The position numbers and the translations under genes were made by a program. The notes under the pieces are model-generated. The model was given only the letters and a program-made list of their open reading frames with translations, was not told the DNA's origin and did not search any database. A stretch of 64,000 nucleotides of DNA from Stegostoma tigrinum (taxonomy: Eukaryota): the NCBI RefSeq assembly GCF_030684315.1, contig NC_081355.1, positions 31,451,141-31,515,140 on the forward strand, read 5' to 3'. This document shows, in pieces, positions 37,127 to 50,460 of this stretch (position 1 is its first letter; every line of letters starts with the position of its first letter).

Positions 37127-38286
37127 CGGGGAGATGATGGCCTGGTGGTACTGTCGCTGGACTATTAATCTAGAGCCCAAGATAACATTCTGGGAACACT
37201 GGTTCGAATTCCACCGTGGCAGATGGTGGAATTTAAATTTGATAAATAGCTGGAATTAAGAATATATTGATGACTGGAGATGGGCTGAGAGGTGGCAAAT
37301 GGAGTTTAATGTGGAAAAGTGGGAGAGGATTCACTTTGGAAGGAGTAACATGAATGCAGAGTACTTGGCTAATGGTAAGATTCTTGGTAGTGTGGATGAG
37401 TAGAGACATCTGTGGCCATGTACATCCCTGGAAGTTGTCACCCAGGTATATAGGGTTGTTAAGGCGTATGGTGTGTTAGGTTTTATTGGTAGAGGGATTG
37501 AGTTTTGGAGCCATGAGGTCATGTTGCAGCTGTACAAAACTCTGGTGCGGCCGCACTTGGAGTATTGCGTACAGTTCTGGTCGCCGCACTATAGGAAGAA
37601 TGTGGAAGCACTGGAAAGGGTGCAGAGGAGATTTACCAGGATGTTGCCTGCTATGGAGGGAAGGTCTTATGAGGAAAGGCTGAGGTACTTGAGGCTATTT
37701 TCATTAGAGAGAAGGAGGTTAAGAGGTGATCTAATAGAGACATAAGATGATCAGAGAATTAGATAGGGTGGACAGTGAGAGCCATTTTCCTCAGGTGGTG
37801 ATGGCTAGCACGAGGGGACATAGCTTTAAATTGAGGGGTGATAGATATAGGACAGATGTCAGAGGTAGGTTCTTCACTCAGTAGTAAGGGCGTGGAATAC
37901 CCTGCCTGCAACAGTAGTAGACTCGCCAAGTTTAAGGGCATTTAAATGGTCATTGGATAAAGGTATGGATAATAATGAAATAGTGTAGGTTAGATGGGCT
38001 TCAGATTGGTTTCACAGGTCGGTGCAACATCCAGAGCCGAAGGGCCTGTACGGCACTGTAGTGTTCTATGACTGTGAATCCATTGTCGATTGTTGGCAAA
38101 ATCCATCTGGTTCACTAATGCACTTTAGGGAAGGAAACTGCCATCTTTACCTGGTCTGGCCTATGTGTGACTCCAGCCCAACAGCAATGTGTTTGACACT
38201 TTATTGCCCTCTGGGCAATTGGAGATGGCCAATAAATATTGCCTAGCCAGCGACACCCTCATCTAGTGAATGAATAAAGAAAAAAG
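37127..38286 (+). mobile_element. tRNA-derived SINE (second family) split by a CR1 insertion
   Basis: A/B boxes tggcctggtgg and ggttcgaattcc; resumes at 38075 and ends gaatgaataaagaaaaaa. Confidence 0.75.
37277..38067 (+). mobile_element. 5'-truncated CR1 (HER1-like) LINE
   Basis: LYKTLVRPHLEYCVQFWSPHYRK...RRLRGDLIE; flanked by atgactg at 37270-37276 and 38068-38074. Confidence 0.9.
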
Positions 38287-39289
38287 ACTGTGTAATTTTT
38301 GTCAGGTTCAACCATAGTCAGTAAAGCTGACTTTGAAGTTTTAGTACAGATTCACATGAAAATGCCTTGTATTCTAAATTTTCTCCCAAACATGCTTATT
38401 GTATGGTATTAGATTTTTTGTGCACGTCAGCATTACTAATTCTGTGGTTAAGCATTTGCTTTTGATTCTTGCACATACTCTGGAAATGTTCCACTTTCTT
38501 ACAAATGTTCCGTTGGGTAATAAAGCTGAACTTTTTTTTTCCTTTTTTTAAAACTCCTTATCTGGAACAGTAAATTCAAGCATCAAATGATTTAAAGTCA
38601 TTGTGTGTTTGGCCTGTCATGATTGTTTTGGTGTTTTTAGAAAATTGAAAAGGTGTGAGTTTCTTGAGGCCAGATTGGCTTTCTTTTCCAGTCATTCTCC
38701 AGTGCTGTTTTCTAACTTTAGTTTCCACTATGATCTGGATAGCACTTTCCAATGTGAAATTTTCTGCTGTCTTCCATATGCCATATAGAAATGTAATTGC
38801 AACTTTTGCAATACTTAACTCTATTCAAGTAGATTCTGTCCTTGATCACTGAGACATCCTCTCCCATTGACATAATCAATGTTCTTAACCAGTTTCACTA
38901 CCCTGCCTCTTTCCTGCCTTTTTCCATCTTTTCTGAATGCCTTGTACCTGGAAATATTTAATATCCATCCTGCCCTCCTTTAACCAATTCTCCTTTATGA
39001 CCATATCATGTTTGAACATGGCTACCTACACCCGCAACCTCATCAGTCATATTTTGTTTACCATGCTCTGCTTATTTACATATTGTTGGTAGCTTTCTGT
39101 AATTGCCAACTTTGTGGTTCAGGAGTTCCAGTCTGGTGTAACAGTTTTGTAGAGAAGTTGCATAATTCGCTGGCCTCTGTTTTCTTTGGGCTCTCTTCTC
39201 AGCCAGCTGACAGTTTTGTTTTTGCTCAACTTTCTCAATGCCCTTCCTACAAGCAGTCCCAAGAGGTCATTGCCATTAGTGACTGTCTG

Positions 39290-39500
39290 TCAGTTGTAAG
39301 TGTTAATAACTACCATTGTCGTCACTTGCAGGTATTCTTGTAGAGGAGGCATAGACATGTGGGAGGTTGTGATCGAGTGGCTCATTCACTGTACGGAAGG
39401 CCTTTAGTAGTCTGTCGTCCGTCATGAACATGACCCAGCCAGTGCAGATGACATTGGCTCAGCTAAGTAATGAATGTGTGCTCACAGAATAGCACATTCT
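39290..39500 (-). mobile_element. RTE-clade LINE relic
   Basis: Minus strand reads LHWLGHVH...YSE*ATRSQPP...YKNTCK, like the RTE ORF C-terminus. Confidence 0.5.
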
Positions 39501-39639
39501 GGGACCTCAGAGTTGTGACTTTGTCATTATCAGAGCTGCTGAGAATATGTTTGAGAGAGTGAAAATGGAAATTGTCACCCTTTTCTCCTGCCTGGCACAT
39601 GATATCCATATCTCTCAACTGTGGAGGAGTGTACCAAGG

Positions 39640-40420
39640 ATGTAGGATTGCTGAATAGCTGCCTGATAGCACTGTTGATGTTTGCTGATTGAGGATGAAC
39701 CAAATTGGTCAGTGACAGCAAAAATTGGCATTGTCCTGCTTTTTGTGGACTGAACATACTTGGGTAATTATCTTTTTTTTTTCCCATTAGATTTTCAATG
39801 TTGTAGCAGTGTTGAAACAGTTTCTCTAGAGGTGTGGCTAGTTCTGGAGCACATATCTTCAAAGCTACTTCTGGGGTGCTCTGACCTTAGCTGCATACAG
39901 TTTGTTCACTCGTTTATTCATATAATTGGTATGAGTAAAATTGTTGGAGTCTAGCTTCTGAGATGGTGAGACCACCTGATCCAGCTGAAGTAGGCCACCC
40001 AGAAGAACAGTTCACCTACATTTTTTTCCATGCTCATGTTCTGCTGTCTACGAGATAAATGGCTGTTCCTGGAGCCGCCTCCACCCTCTGTTAGTTGTCT
40101 AATGATCCACCCCAAATTAAGTGTAGATGTGATAAGACTGCAGAGTTTTGATCTAATTTGTTGGTTGTAATTTCATAGCTCTGTCTGTAGCGTTCTACTA
40201 CTGTTGCATAACACGTATGTAGTCCTGTGTTGAAAATTCAACAGTTCAGTACTTCGTTTTCCGATATCCTTGATGCTGCTCCTGGCATGCTCTTTGGCAT
40301 TCCTCATTGAACCAGATTTGATTCCATGGCCTGAGGATAGTGGTAAAGTGAGGAATGTGCCAGGCCATGAGTTTACAAATTGCGGTGGAAAATAACTCTG
40401 CTGCTGATGTTGCGCATTGA
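39640..40420 (-). mobile_element. CR1/L2-group LINE relic (family of 23970)
   Basis: KICAPELATPLEKLFQHCYN; WFNEECQRACQEQHQGY. Confidence 0.65.
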
Positions 40421-41003
40421 ACTACAAAGCCCTCTGTACATATTGCTTCATAGTTCTCAGTAGAAACCTTGCTCACACACAGAGGCATTTTAACTTGGAT
40501 GCAGATTATTATTGCTGTAGAGTGAATTTATTCTTATGTGGCAAGTAGACCTGCATTGTATCTGTACTTCATGCTCTTTTGAAAGCTGTTTTACAGCTTG
40601 TACAGGAGAATGTAAAATGCAGAACAGCTGTAAGCAATTTAACTGCTTCACAAACAAGTCATAGAGTTGTGTTTTTATCCCTGTCTCGAATATAATTTGT
40701 GTTTTGATGACAGCTGTGTGACCTTTTCCACTTACATATCCTGTCCTGGATAAATAACTGCTAGATGTGAGTGAGAAACTCTGTTGTACCTTGGTATACT
40801 AGGTTGTTTTTATGTCCTGCCAAACTTCTTAAAAGAAAACTTTTTACTGGAGAGCAAACAGATACGTAATTATCTCAAGCAATATCAAAATGTTGCATTC
40901 CATGAAATGCCTCAGTGTTCTAAGTTGCATCCTAACTTAATTTAGAATGGAGCAGTGCAAAATAAAACCCACTGTCTATACATAACTTGCCTGTAGATAC
41001 TAG

Positions 41004-41267
41004 GATTAGATTAGATTCCCTACAGTGTGGAAACAGTCCTTCAGCCCAACAAGTCCACACAGCCCTTTGGAGCGTCCCACCCAGACAAATCCCCCTATAA
41101 CCCACACACCCCTGAACACTACAGGTAATTTAGCATGACCAATCCACCTAGCCCGCACATCTTTGGACTGTGAGAAAACCGGAGCACCTGGAGGAAACTC
41201 ATGCAGACGTGGGGAGAATGTGCAAACTCCACACAGACAGTTGCCCCAGGCTGGAATTGAACCCGGG
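41004..41267 (-). mobile_element. V-SINE (HE1-like), 5'-truncated
   Basis: Matches the 15781 element; gattagattagatt tail. Confidence 0.8.
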
Positions 41268-41689
41268 CTGCCCTTCAGGTTTACTGGCCAAAAGACTTAG
41301 CGTTTGTAAACAAAAAACAACTCTAGGTGGTGCAGCTCAGTTTTAACTGAACTGGATGCAATCAGTTCCAATTTAGATAACATTTAGTCAGATGTAGGCT
41401 CCTCCATAGCAGTTGCCAATTTAATGCTGTAAAAAGTGGACTGTATTTAGGACCAAACTCGAAATCGATTTCTTTTTTTTAAATCTATTTTTGCTAGGCT
41501 CCAATTTTGCTTTATAGTTTTCATTCGTAGGCTACAGAAAAAAGTTTTTGCATCTGGATATTAATATTCTCCACTACCCCACCCAAGCAGTAAGGTGTGA
41601 AGCACAGTCCAAAACTGCATTTTGCAATTGCACTTGAGCCACAGGCTTCAATGGCTCTTTATCTAACTGCAAAATATTCAGAACAAGCT

Positions 41690-44130
41690 AAATGTATTAA
41701 AAAGTAGAGATTAATTGGTATGGTCTTATACTCATTGAGATGTGGTTACCAGGGGATCAAAGCTGGGAACAAACTCTTCAGGGGTATAGAACTTTTCAAA
41801 AGGACAAGTAGAAAGGGAAGAGTGGTGGGTTATCGATGTTCGAATGAGATGGAGCAAGTATGATAGCAAGAATTAATCTTGAATTGAATGATGCAAGATA
41901 CGTTGGTTAGTAGTAAGAAGTAATGAGGAAAAAGACACTGGTGGGAATCTATAAGCTACCTTTAAAAATATCTGTTCTGTAGTACTGTGACCATAAAGTA
42001 GAATTTGTCATTCAGCTGGAGACTGAGAAACTGTCAGAAGCAACTGTGCGGAACTTAAATAAAAATAATTACATAGGAACGAGGGCAGTGTTAGCTGGAG
42101 TAGACTGTGAAAGGAGCTTAGCAGTAAATATGATTGAGGAACAATGGCAACAAAAATATATCCTAGTGAAGAGTTGGATGTAGGAAGGAGATAAACTGAT
42201 GTAGTTAACCAGTTAAGTTAGGAGTGGCAATAATTTGAAAGAAAAAAAAATACCATAAGGCAAAGATTAGTGGTTAGTCAGAGGATTGGAAAATTTTGAA
42301 AGCCAAGACAAAAGCAAACAAAAAAAACTATTGGGGAAATTAAGAGCTTCTTTCAGTATGTAAGAAGGAAAGGAGAGGGCACAGGGAACATAGTCTTCTT
42401 AGATAACGAGGCTGGGGAAATAAGGATCGGAAACCAGAAATTGGGCAGTGGAGGTGAACTGCATCAGTCTTTAGGTTAGAGCGCACTAATAACATTTCAA
42501 CACAATTGCATAATCGAGCTGGGAGAGTAAACACAACAAACTGTCACCAGAGACACACAACTTGTGAAACTAGTACTAAACATTGATAAGTCCGCTGGAC
42601 CAGATGGGATGCATCCTTAGATTTTAACAGAAGTAGTTCCAGAGATAGTATGTGCACTTAAATTCTGGAAAAGTCCCAAAGGATTGGAAATCTGGCCATG
42701 TAACACATTTATTCAAAGAGGGAAGGAGACAAAACAGGTAACAAGAAATGTCTATTATCATCTATTGTAAAGGATGCAATAGCAGATCATTTCGAAATGC
42801 ATAACATAATCAAGTGTAGTCAGCATCACTTCATGAACAATAAATCAATTTTATTAGAATTCTTTGAGGAGGTAACAAGTAGGATGGATAAAGAAGAAGC
42901 AGTGAATGTAATATACTTGGATTTCCAAAGGAACCCCACACACTGCTGTTTAATAAGATCAGAGATCATAGGGTTGGGTGCACTATTATCATGGATAAAG
43001 GATTACCTAACTAATACAAACAAGGAGGAGACATAAAGGCAGGCATTTTCAGGATGGCGACTTGTAACTAATAGAGTGCCTCAGGCATCAGTGCTAGAGT
43101 TACAATTATTTACATTCTATTTTGATGATTTGGACGAGGAAAGTGAATGTGCTATCGCTAGATTTGCGGATGATGCAAAAATAGACAGGAAGATAAGCAG
43201 TGAGAATACCACAAGGAGGCTACAACAGGGTGTTGATAGATTTATGAGTGGGCAAAATCTTGACACATGGAGTGTAATGTGGGAAAATGAGGTTATGTAT
43301 TTTGGCAGGAAGAATAGAAGACATAAATATTATTTAAATAGAGAAAGATGATGGAAAGCCGCAGCACAGAGAACTTTACAGGATCTCATGCATGAATCAT
43401 AAAAAAACTAGCATCTAAATTCAGCAGGTAATTGAGAACGCAGATTAAATGTTGGCCTTTATTTCAAGGGGAATAGAGGATAAAAATGGGGAGATCTTCT
43501 TAAAACTGTACAAGGTGCTAATCAGACCATACATGGAACATCATGAACAGTTTTGGTCCCCTGATCTGAAGAAGGGTCTAGGGCTGAAACCGTCAGCTTT
43601 CCTGCTCCTACGATGCTGCTTGGCCTGCTGTGTTCATCCAACTCTACACCTTGTTAACTAAGAAAAAATAAACTGGCATTGGAGGCAGTCCAGACAAAGT
43701 TCACTGGGTTGATCCTGGTTATGGAGAGATTGTTTTATGAGGAGATGTTAAGTAGATTGGGCCTCTACTCGTTGTTTCCTCTCATTCTTCTAAACCCCAT
43801 TCTTAGGGAGCTTGACAGGGTAGATGCAAAAAGTTGTTTCCCCATATGGTGCCCATCTAGGACCAGAAGTCGTCATCTCAATAGAAAGTATTGCCCATTT
43901 CAGACAGATGAGAATTTTTTTCTCTCCAAGGATAGTGAATCTGTACAGTTATTTTCTGCAGAGGGATGCTGAGGTTAAGTCATTAAGTATATTCTGGGCT
44001 GAGACAGATTTCTCATCAGGGATGAAGCAGGATAGTGGAGTAGAGGATTATCGGAACTGATGTGTTCTCATTGAATGGTAGAACAGACTCAGTGGTCCAA
44101 GTGACCTACTTTTTGCTTCTTTATCCCTCA
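41690..44130 (+). mobile_element. Decayed CR1 LINE ORF2
   Basis: LLEFFEEVTSRMDKEEAVNVIYLDFQ, FADDAKI, LKLYKVLIRP..E...QFWSP. Confidence 0.85.
43565..43639 (+). mobile_element. 75-bp PLE 3'-end fragment inside CR1
   Basis: tctgaagaagggtctagggctgaaaccgtcagctttcctgctcct...gctgtgttcatccaactctacaccttgttaact, homologous to 35389-35482. Confidence 0.8.
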
Positions 44131-44547
44131 TGGTTTTATGGTCATTTCTCAATGAGGATGAAGAGGGGTCAATAATGCATGGTTACAGGCAGAAATCCTG
44201 GTTGTGTTTCTTCGCTCTTTCAAATCAGTGTTAATTGCAGCACCACCTACTGCATGTAGCTGAGGTGAACATCATTTAATCCCACACACCTACCCACATG
44301 GTACATTTGCAAAATCTTGGTCACAAAGTGATGTGTTGCAATTAAGTATCTCCGGTTATTCATGAAAATTCTATTGTAGCATTGACCTTGTATTTCTTTA
44401 AAGAATTTACTCTACTTGGAATTCTATGGTTAGATCAGTAAAATTTCAAGATTGTTGTCATGCATGATATTATTGTGCTGAGCCTTTTGACTTTGTTGCA
44501 GAAGATGCATGAATAAATTCTCTCTCTCTTTTGCTTTGTTTTTTAAG

Positions 44548-44698
44548 GTCAATGTATTTTCACTTTCACATTCTGTGTGCCCTCGTGCTGCCAATTCTGG
44601 CAGTCAAGAAGCAGAAGAGTATTACACAAACAATTTCTTTGAAGGCCAACTCCTCTAACCCAGCACTCAGTCGCCAGCAGCCCAAGAAAGAACAGTAG
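44548..44698 (+). CDS. MBOAT1: MBOAT1-like terminal coding exon, (K)SMYFHFHILCALVLPILAVKK...QQPKKEQ*
   Basis: Polypyrimidine tract + taag| acceptor; KSMYF..HI conserved; TAG at 44696-44698. Confidence 0.92.
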
Positions 44699-45774
44699 TA
44701 ACGCAGCATTAATGAAGTATTTTGGATGGGAGAGATGCAAAAGAAAAACTTAATGTTGTACGGGTGTGGAAAACAAAACAACCAACAGTTTGTATCTGGG
44801 TGTTCTCAATCTTGAGCATTCATCTGAAGATTTAATGAATGAAATGGTTTAATGAAGCACGTTTGTTTACTATGCTGAGATCCCTGCATTGAACAACCAC
44901 TTTTCCCTGACTCTAAATGCAGTGCCTGTAGAACATAGGCTTTGCTGTCACTTGCTAACATGAGTATTTTTTCCTCAAAACAGTATGATTGTCCCATGAA
45001 TCTTTGGACATTTTCAATGTGAATTGTATATGTATATATGTATAAATGATTTGTCATTTGCTACCAGAGAATTGTTGGTGAAATTTTGATGTTGAGTAAT
45101 AATTAAAGATATTTTTGGCTAGATTGTTGAAATACTAATACTGTTGCTTTTACAATCTATAGTTATCTATTGTTATTTAAAGCTGATCAATCGTTTCTCT
45201 TTACGTACTTGCACCCCAGCCAAGTGATATTTTTTACCTCCTGCCAGCAAAGCAGTTATTTGACTGACTGGTTTTCCTATCCTTAGCAAATAACTTAACC
45301 CCTGGTCACAAATTCTAATCTTTGGATTTGTAACCTGATAGAGCTCTAAGTGGTTGGTTTGGACTGATGACAGATTGTGGATAAAAAGCTGAATGTTCTG
45401 ACAAAGGCAAGCCTCCCATCTACCGACTAGAGCCCCTTGAAGGAGTAGCATTTCACTTATACTTTAGCTAGATGAAGAACGCACACATACCAGGATGGGG
45501 AATGCATGGGGAAAATGATCATCCAGTACAATTGCGGTGGCAAATTATTTAATTGAATTGTAAAGCTGACCCCACATGGTGATTGAGGTCACAGTGAATG
45601 ATTCTACAGCTTGTGCTAAATATGAAGTAACCAAACTTGCAATAATTCATTTTCAGTTTTATGTTCGTAAAACTTTTGATAAAATCAAAACTGCTTATAA
45701 GTAAAAGCAATCAGCTTAGTTATGCTAATTGATCTTACTATTATAGAAACCTTGATATTGCCAAAGTTTTATAT

Positions 45775-45815
45775 ATTAAAATTATTTATTTCTTTTATTT
45801 AGTGTTTTGTTTATT
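45775..45815 (+). terminator. Candidate polyadenylation signal (ATTAAA + U/GU-rich tract)
   Basis: attaaa at 45775-45780 followed by ttatttatttcttttatttagtgttttgttt; alternative ATTAAA near 45102. Confidence 0.3.
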
Positions 45816-46004
45816 GCAGCCAACAATGTGTTTCTTTGTGCACCTTTGCCTGGATAATGAGCAAACTGTTCATGGAAAAGTACTGACATAAGGAGCTTGC
45901 CAAAGCCCAAGTGAAGCATTGAACTAGTAACTGCAGCAATCCCCTTTAGTTTATTACTGTCAGGTTAAAATTTGAAACACTTCAGAACTGCAGCCCGTTG
46001 GATT

Positions 46005-46400
46005 ATAGAGTCATACAGCATGAAAACAGACCCTTCAGTCCAGCTAGTCCACGCTGACCATGTTTCAAAACCAAACTAGTCCCTTAGCCCTTATCCTTCC
46101 AAACTTTTCCTATTCATCTACTAATCCAAATGTCTTTCAAATGTTGTAATTGTACCTGCATCCACCACTTCCTCTGGCAATTCATTCCATATATGAACCA
46201 CTCTGTGCAAAAAAAAAAGTTGTCCCATATGTCCTTTTTAAAAACTTTCTCCTCACACCTTAAAAATATGCTCCCTAGTTTTGAACTCTGCTGAACAGGG
46301 AAAGGACCTTTTGCTGTTCGCCTTATCTGTGTCCCACATGGTTTTACACACCTATAAGGTCACCTCTTAACCTCCAATGAAAAAGTCCCAACCTATCCAA
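46005..46400 (-). mobile_element. CR1 3' fragment
   Basis: atagagtcatacagcatg...tgttgtaattgtacctgcatccaccacttcctctggca. Confidence 0.7.
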
Positions 46401-47359
46401 AGCAATATATTCTAACTATAGTGCCCTATTCATACTATCAAAGTTCCTGCAATCATCAGAAGATGATGTTCTATCACCATTGCAGGAATGAAGCATTGTA
46501 GAATTGTTAATGTTACATCTTTTGTATCAGAAAGATCATCCTGTCTTGAGTATGGGACTGTCCATTGATTGTTCCTTATGCAGATTGCACCCAAAGATAT
46601 TTAGCTCATTGCTTTTTGTGGTTAGATGTCATTTGACTAAGAAGGGGTTTCGCATCCATATCTTAACTTCTGCCCTGGTTGTAATGCTTCTTGGCCAGGT
46701 GTCACCAGTTCAAATCAACCAGCATTACTTACGATCTAAGAAAGGAACAGTTGGTTCTTCTATAATTGATGCAAACTGGTAAAAGTGCTTTTCAGTTGTT
46801 TTTAATAACACTTAGATTCCACAGCCATTTTAAACAAATTGCAAATCTTGCTTATTTTATAGTTTCTAGATCAAAAATCTCCACACCTGTATTGCAATAA
46901 TAATCTGTAATCTAGGGCTGCAGGGTTCTTTTAAGATTGTTTTCTCGTACATGAAAAATGAACGCAAGAGCAGTAATTAGAATATCCAAGCACACACACA
47001 TACATATACGAGTCAGACAACTATACATGAATAGTCTATTTTAGGAATGTAGCTTTTCTCCACAGATGTTGATTGACATGCTCTTCATTTTCAAACCTGT
47101 CAGTTTCAGATTTCAGCATCTGTAACTTTTTAAAAACCTATTAATCTTTATAGGTAGCTCACTGGGATACCTCAGGCTTACCATGAGCTTTGACCCTCAT
47201 TCAACATTGACTTCTTTCTATTCAAGTACGAGAACTGTGGATATATTTTTATATATTTTGATACATAAACACATTTGTTTGTTCATGGGATGGGAGTTTT
47301 GCTGGAAATAGCTATCTCCCAATTTCCTTGAGAATGGGGTGGAAAGCCACTGCTACTGG

Positions 47360-47792
47360 ATACACCACTGGGGTTGAATGGTTTGAGCTATAGGGAAAGG
47401 CTGAATAGGCTGGGCTTTATTTCCCTGGAGCATCAGTTTATAAGACCATGAGATGCATGGATAGGGTAAAGAACCTTGGTCTTTTTCCCTAGGGTAAGGG
47501 AGTCCAGAACTAGAGACTATAGGTTTAAGGTGAGAGGAAATATTTAAAAGGGACCGAAGGGGCAGCTTTCTCTTGCAGAGGATGATGTGTGCATGGAACG
47601 AGCTGCTAGAGGAAGTGATGGAGGCTAGTACAATTACAACATTTAAAAGACACCTGGATGGGTACATGAATAGGAAGGGTTCAGACAGATATGGGGCAAA
47701 TACTGGCAAGTAGGACTAGATCAGTTTAGGATATCTGGTCGGCCCAGATGAGTTGAATCAAAAGGTCAACTTTGTGCTGAATAACTCTGACT
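47360..47792 (+). mobile_element. CR1 3' fragment
   Basis: ggtttgagctatagggaaaggctgaataggctggg...ctctgactc tail. Confidence 0.75.
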
Positions 47793-48599
47793 CAAGAGTT
47801 GGAAATGGAGCCCAGTCTATCACGCAAACCAGCCTTCCTTCCGTTGACTGTACTTCCAAAAATCTGACACTGTGGGGATTGATTACCACCCCCGCAAAAA
47901 AAAGTTGTATTTGTGGAGCTTGGGGCTTCCCTGATTCAGGGATGACAATTCAGGCTAATATGAAGGACTTCTTCCCAATTGTATACCACAGTGTTGCCAA
48001 CCATCTCTGGTGGGTTATGCTGCTACAGGCTGTACCCAAGGATGGTGATGGAGGAATTTAGGGTATTGGCTAAGACATATGATGGTGCCATCAGGCTGTC
48101 GCTTGACTCTTCATTGGGGCACCTTTGAATTTTTGGCACAAGTCTCCTGATGTCTGAGAGGAGAATTTGCAGAACTTCAATGTGCCTTTATCATGTTTGA
48201 AACTGACAGTTTGATAGATGTTTGGTGCAGCTGATTTTGGTTTTGTCCTAGTTTTTCATAGCAGTGACAATTCTGGTATTTTTTTTCCATATTTAGACGA
48301 TAGCTTCTTATGTTGGTGTAGGCCTCTCACCAGCACATTCTCAAGGGTAACTAGAGATGGGTAATGAATGTTGGCCTTGCTAACTGCTCACAACCCATCA
48401 AAAATAAACAAAGACAAATGGGTAAGGAGAGCAGATTTGCTTCCCTAAAATATATTATTGCAACAGTTTGGGACTGCATTGCCACCATTACCAATGATAT
48501 TTGTTCATTATAGATTGATTTTGATTTTGATGTAACCATGTGTCCAGGTGGATTCAAACTCTTGTCTCCAGATTTATTAGTGCAGGCCATTGGATTTTT

Positions 48600-49800
48600 A
48601 AAATATTTGATATGTGGGTGTCACTGACTGGGCCAGCATTAATTGCCCATCCCTAGTTGCCCTTGAAAGGGTTTTGGTGAGCTGTCCTCTTGAACAACAA
48701 CAGTCCATTTGGTGGCCATGATGCCACCAGAATTTTGACCCAGTGACTCTTCCTTTTAAAAAAATATGGGGATTATATTTTCAAGTCAGGGTGGTGAGTT
48801 GGTGGTCCACCCTGCTGCTGCTGTGGCATGGTGGTTGAAGGTGGGAGTGTTTGTGAATGTGGTGTCAATCAAATCGGCTGCTTTATCCTAGATGGTGTTT
48901 AGATTCTTGAATGTTGTGAGAACCACACTCATCTTGACGCATGGAGATTATTTCATCACACTGCTGACTTGTGCTTTGGATACATTTTGGGGGTGCCAGG
49001 AGCTGAGTTACTTATTCCAGTATTCCTAGCTTCTAATTTGCTCTCTTAGCCACAGTATCTACATGACTGATGTTACTTGTCAGCCCAAACCTGGATATTG
49101 CCTTGCTGCACTTGGGCACGGACTGCTTCATTATCTGAGAGATCATGAATGTTGCTGCATATTATGCAGTCGTCACTGATCAACCTCACTTCTGACTTCA
49201 TGATGGAGGGAAGGTTATTGATGAAGTAGCTGAAGTTGGTTTGGCCTAGAATACTACCTTGGGGAACTCCTACAGAGATTTCCTGGAGTTGATATGACTA
49301 TCGTCATTTATGCTATGTATGATTTCAACCAGTGGAGACCTTTAACCCATTCCCCCACACTCCAGTTTTGCCAGGGTTACTTGATACCACACTCTGACAA
49401 ATGTAGCCTTGATATTAAGGGCAGCCACTCTCCCCTCACCTCTGGAATTTAGTTCTTCAATCCATATTTTGGATGCAAACTATAATAAAGTCAGGAGCTG
49501 AGTAGCCCTGGCAGAATCCAAATAGAGCAATAGTAAGTAGGTTATTGCTAAACAAATGCTGCTTGCTAGCACTGCTAATGTCAGCTTCCATCACTTTGAT
49601 GAATGAAAGTAGACTGATAGGGTTGTAATTGACTAGATTGGATTTGTTCATTTTTTGTACAGGACATACCTGGGCATTTTTTCACATTGTTGGGTAGATG
49701 CCAATATTTTAGCTGCAATGGCACAGGTTGGCTAGGGGCACAGCAGGTTTTGGAGGACACGTACCCAATACTATTGCCAGAATGTTGTCAGGGCCCAAAA
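48600..49800 (-). mobile_element. CR1/L2-group LINE 3' relic
   Basis: NKSNLVNYNPISLLSFIKVME...SNNLLTIALFGFCQGYSAPD. Confidence 0.75.
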
Positions 49801-50104
49801 CTAATACAATAGCAACTGCTATGTTATTGTACCTTGTTAACTCATGAAATTTTATTTATAAACTATAGCAATAATGATTCCTGTAAGAACTCAACCATGA
49901 CTTAACTTAGGTTGTATTACAGAAGTCAACGATAATGTCAAATGCTGAAAACATAACTAAGCCAATAGCAAACTTTTCTGGATACAATAAATCTGAAATA
50001 TAAGCAAAAAATACTGGAAACATTTTGCACATCAGGCCAAGCTTACAATTCAGTCAAGACCTTTTAGAATTATATGCTGTTGCATTCTATTTTCCTTTCA
50101 TATT

Positions 50105-50460
50105 AAAAAAATCTATTCCTCCATGGGATGTGTTCATCACCAGTAAGGCCAGCATTTGTGTTCATTCATAATTGTCATTGAACTGAGGGTCTTTTTTTGG
50201 TGATTTTAGAGGGCAGTCAAGAGTTGGCCACATTTGTATTCTGGGTCTGGAATCAAATGCAAGTTGGACCAGGTAAGGACATTATAGTTCCTTCTCTAAA
50301 TGACACTAGTGATCCAGATGTTTTGTATAGCAGTCATCATGCTCACTCTTATTAATGCTTATTTTAAATTTGAGAGTTATTATTTGAATTTAAATTCCAT
50401 CGGCTTCTTTAGAATTTGTCCACCTGTTCGCCAAATGTTAGCCTGGGCCTCTTGATCCAA
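50105..50460 (-). mobile_element. Second SINE family copy
   Basis: agagggcagtcaagagttggccacatt...gaccaggtaaggac, as at 18640-18720. Confidence 0.6.

Noticed and set aside
6845-44698. Assignment as MBOAT2
   Set aside because: The short C-terminus, KDYIAFIEG.HI.MKL and RHYFLSS fit MBOAT1 better as recalled; a phylogeny would settle it
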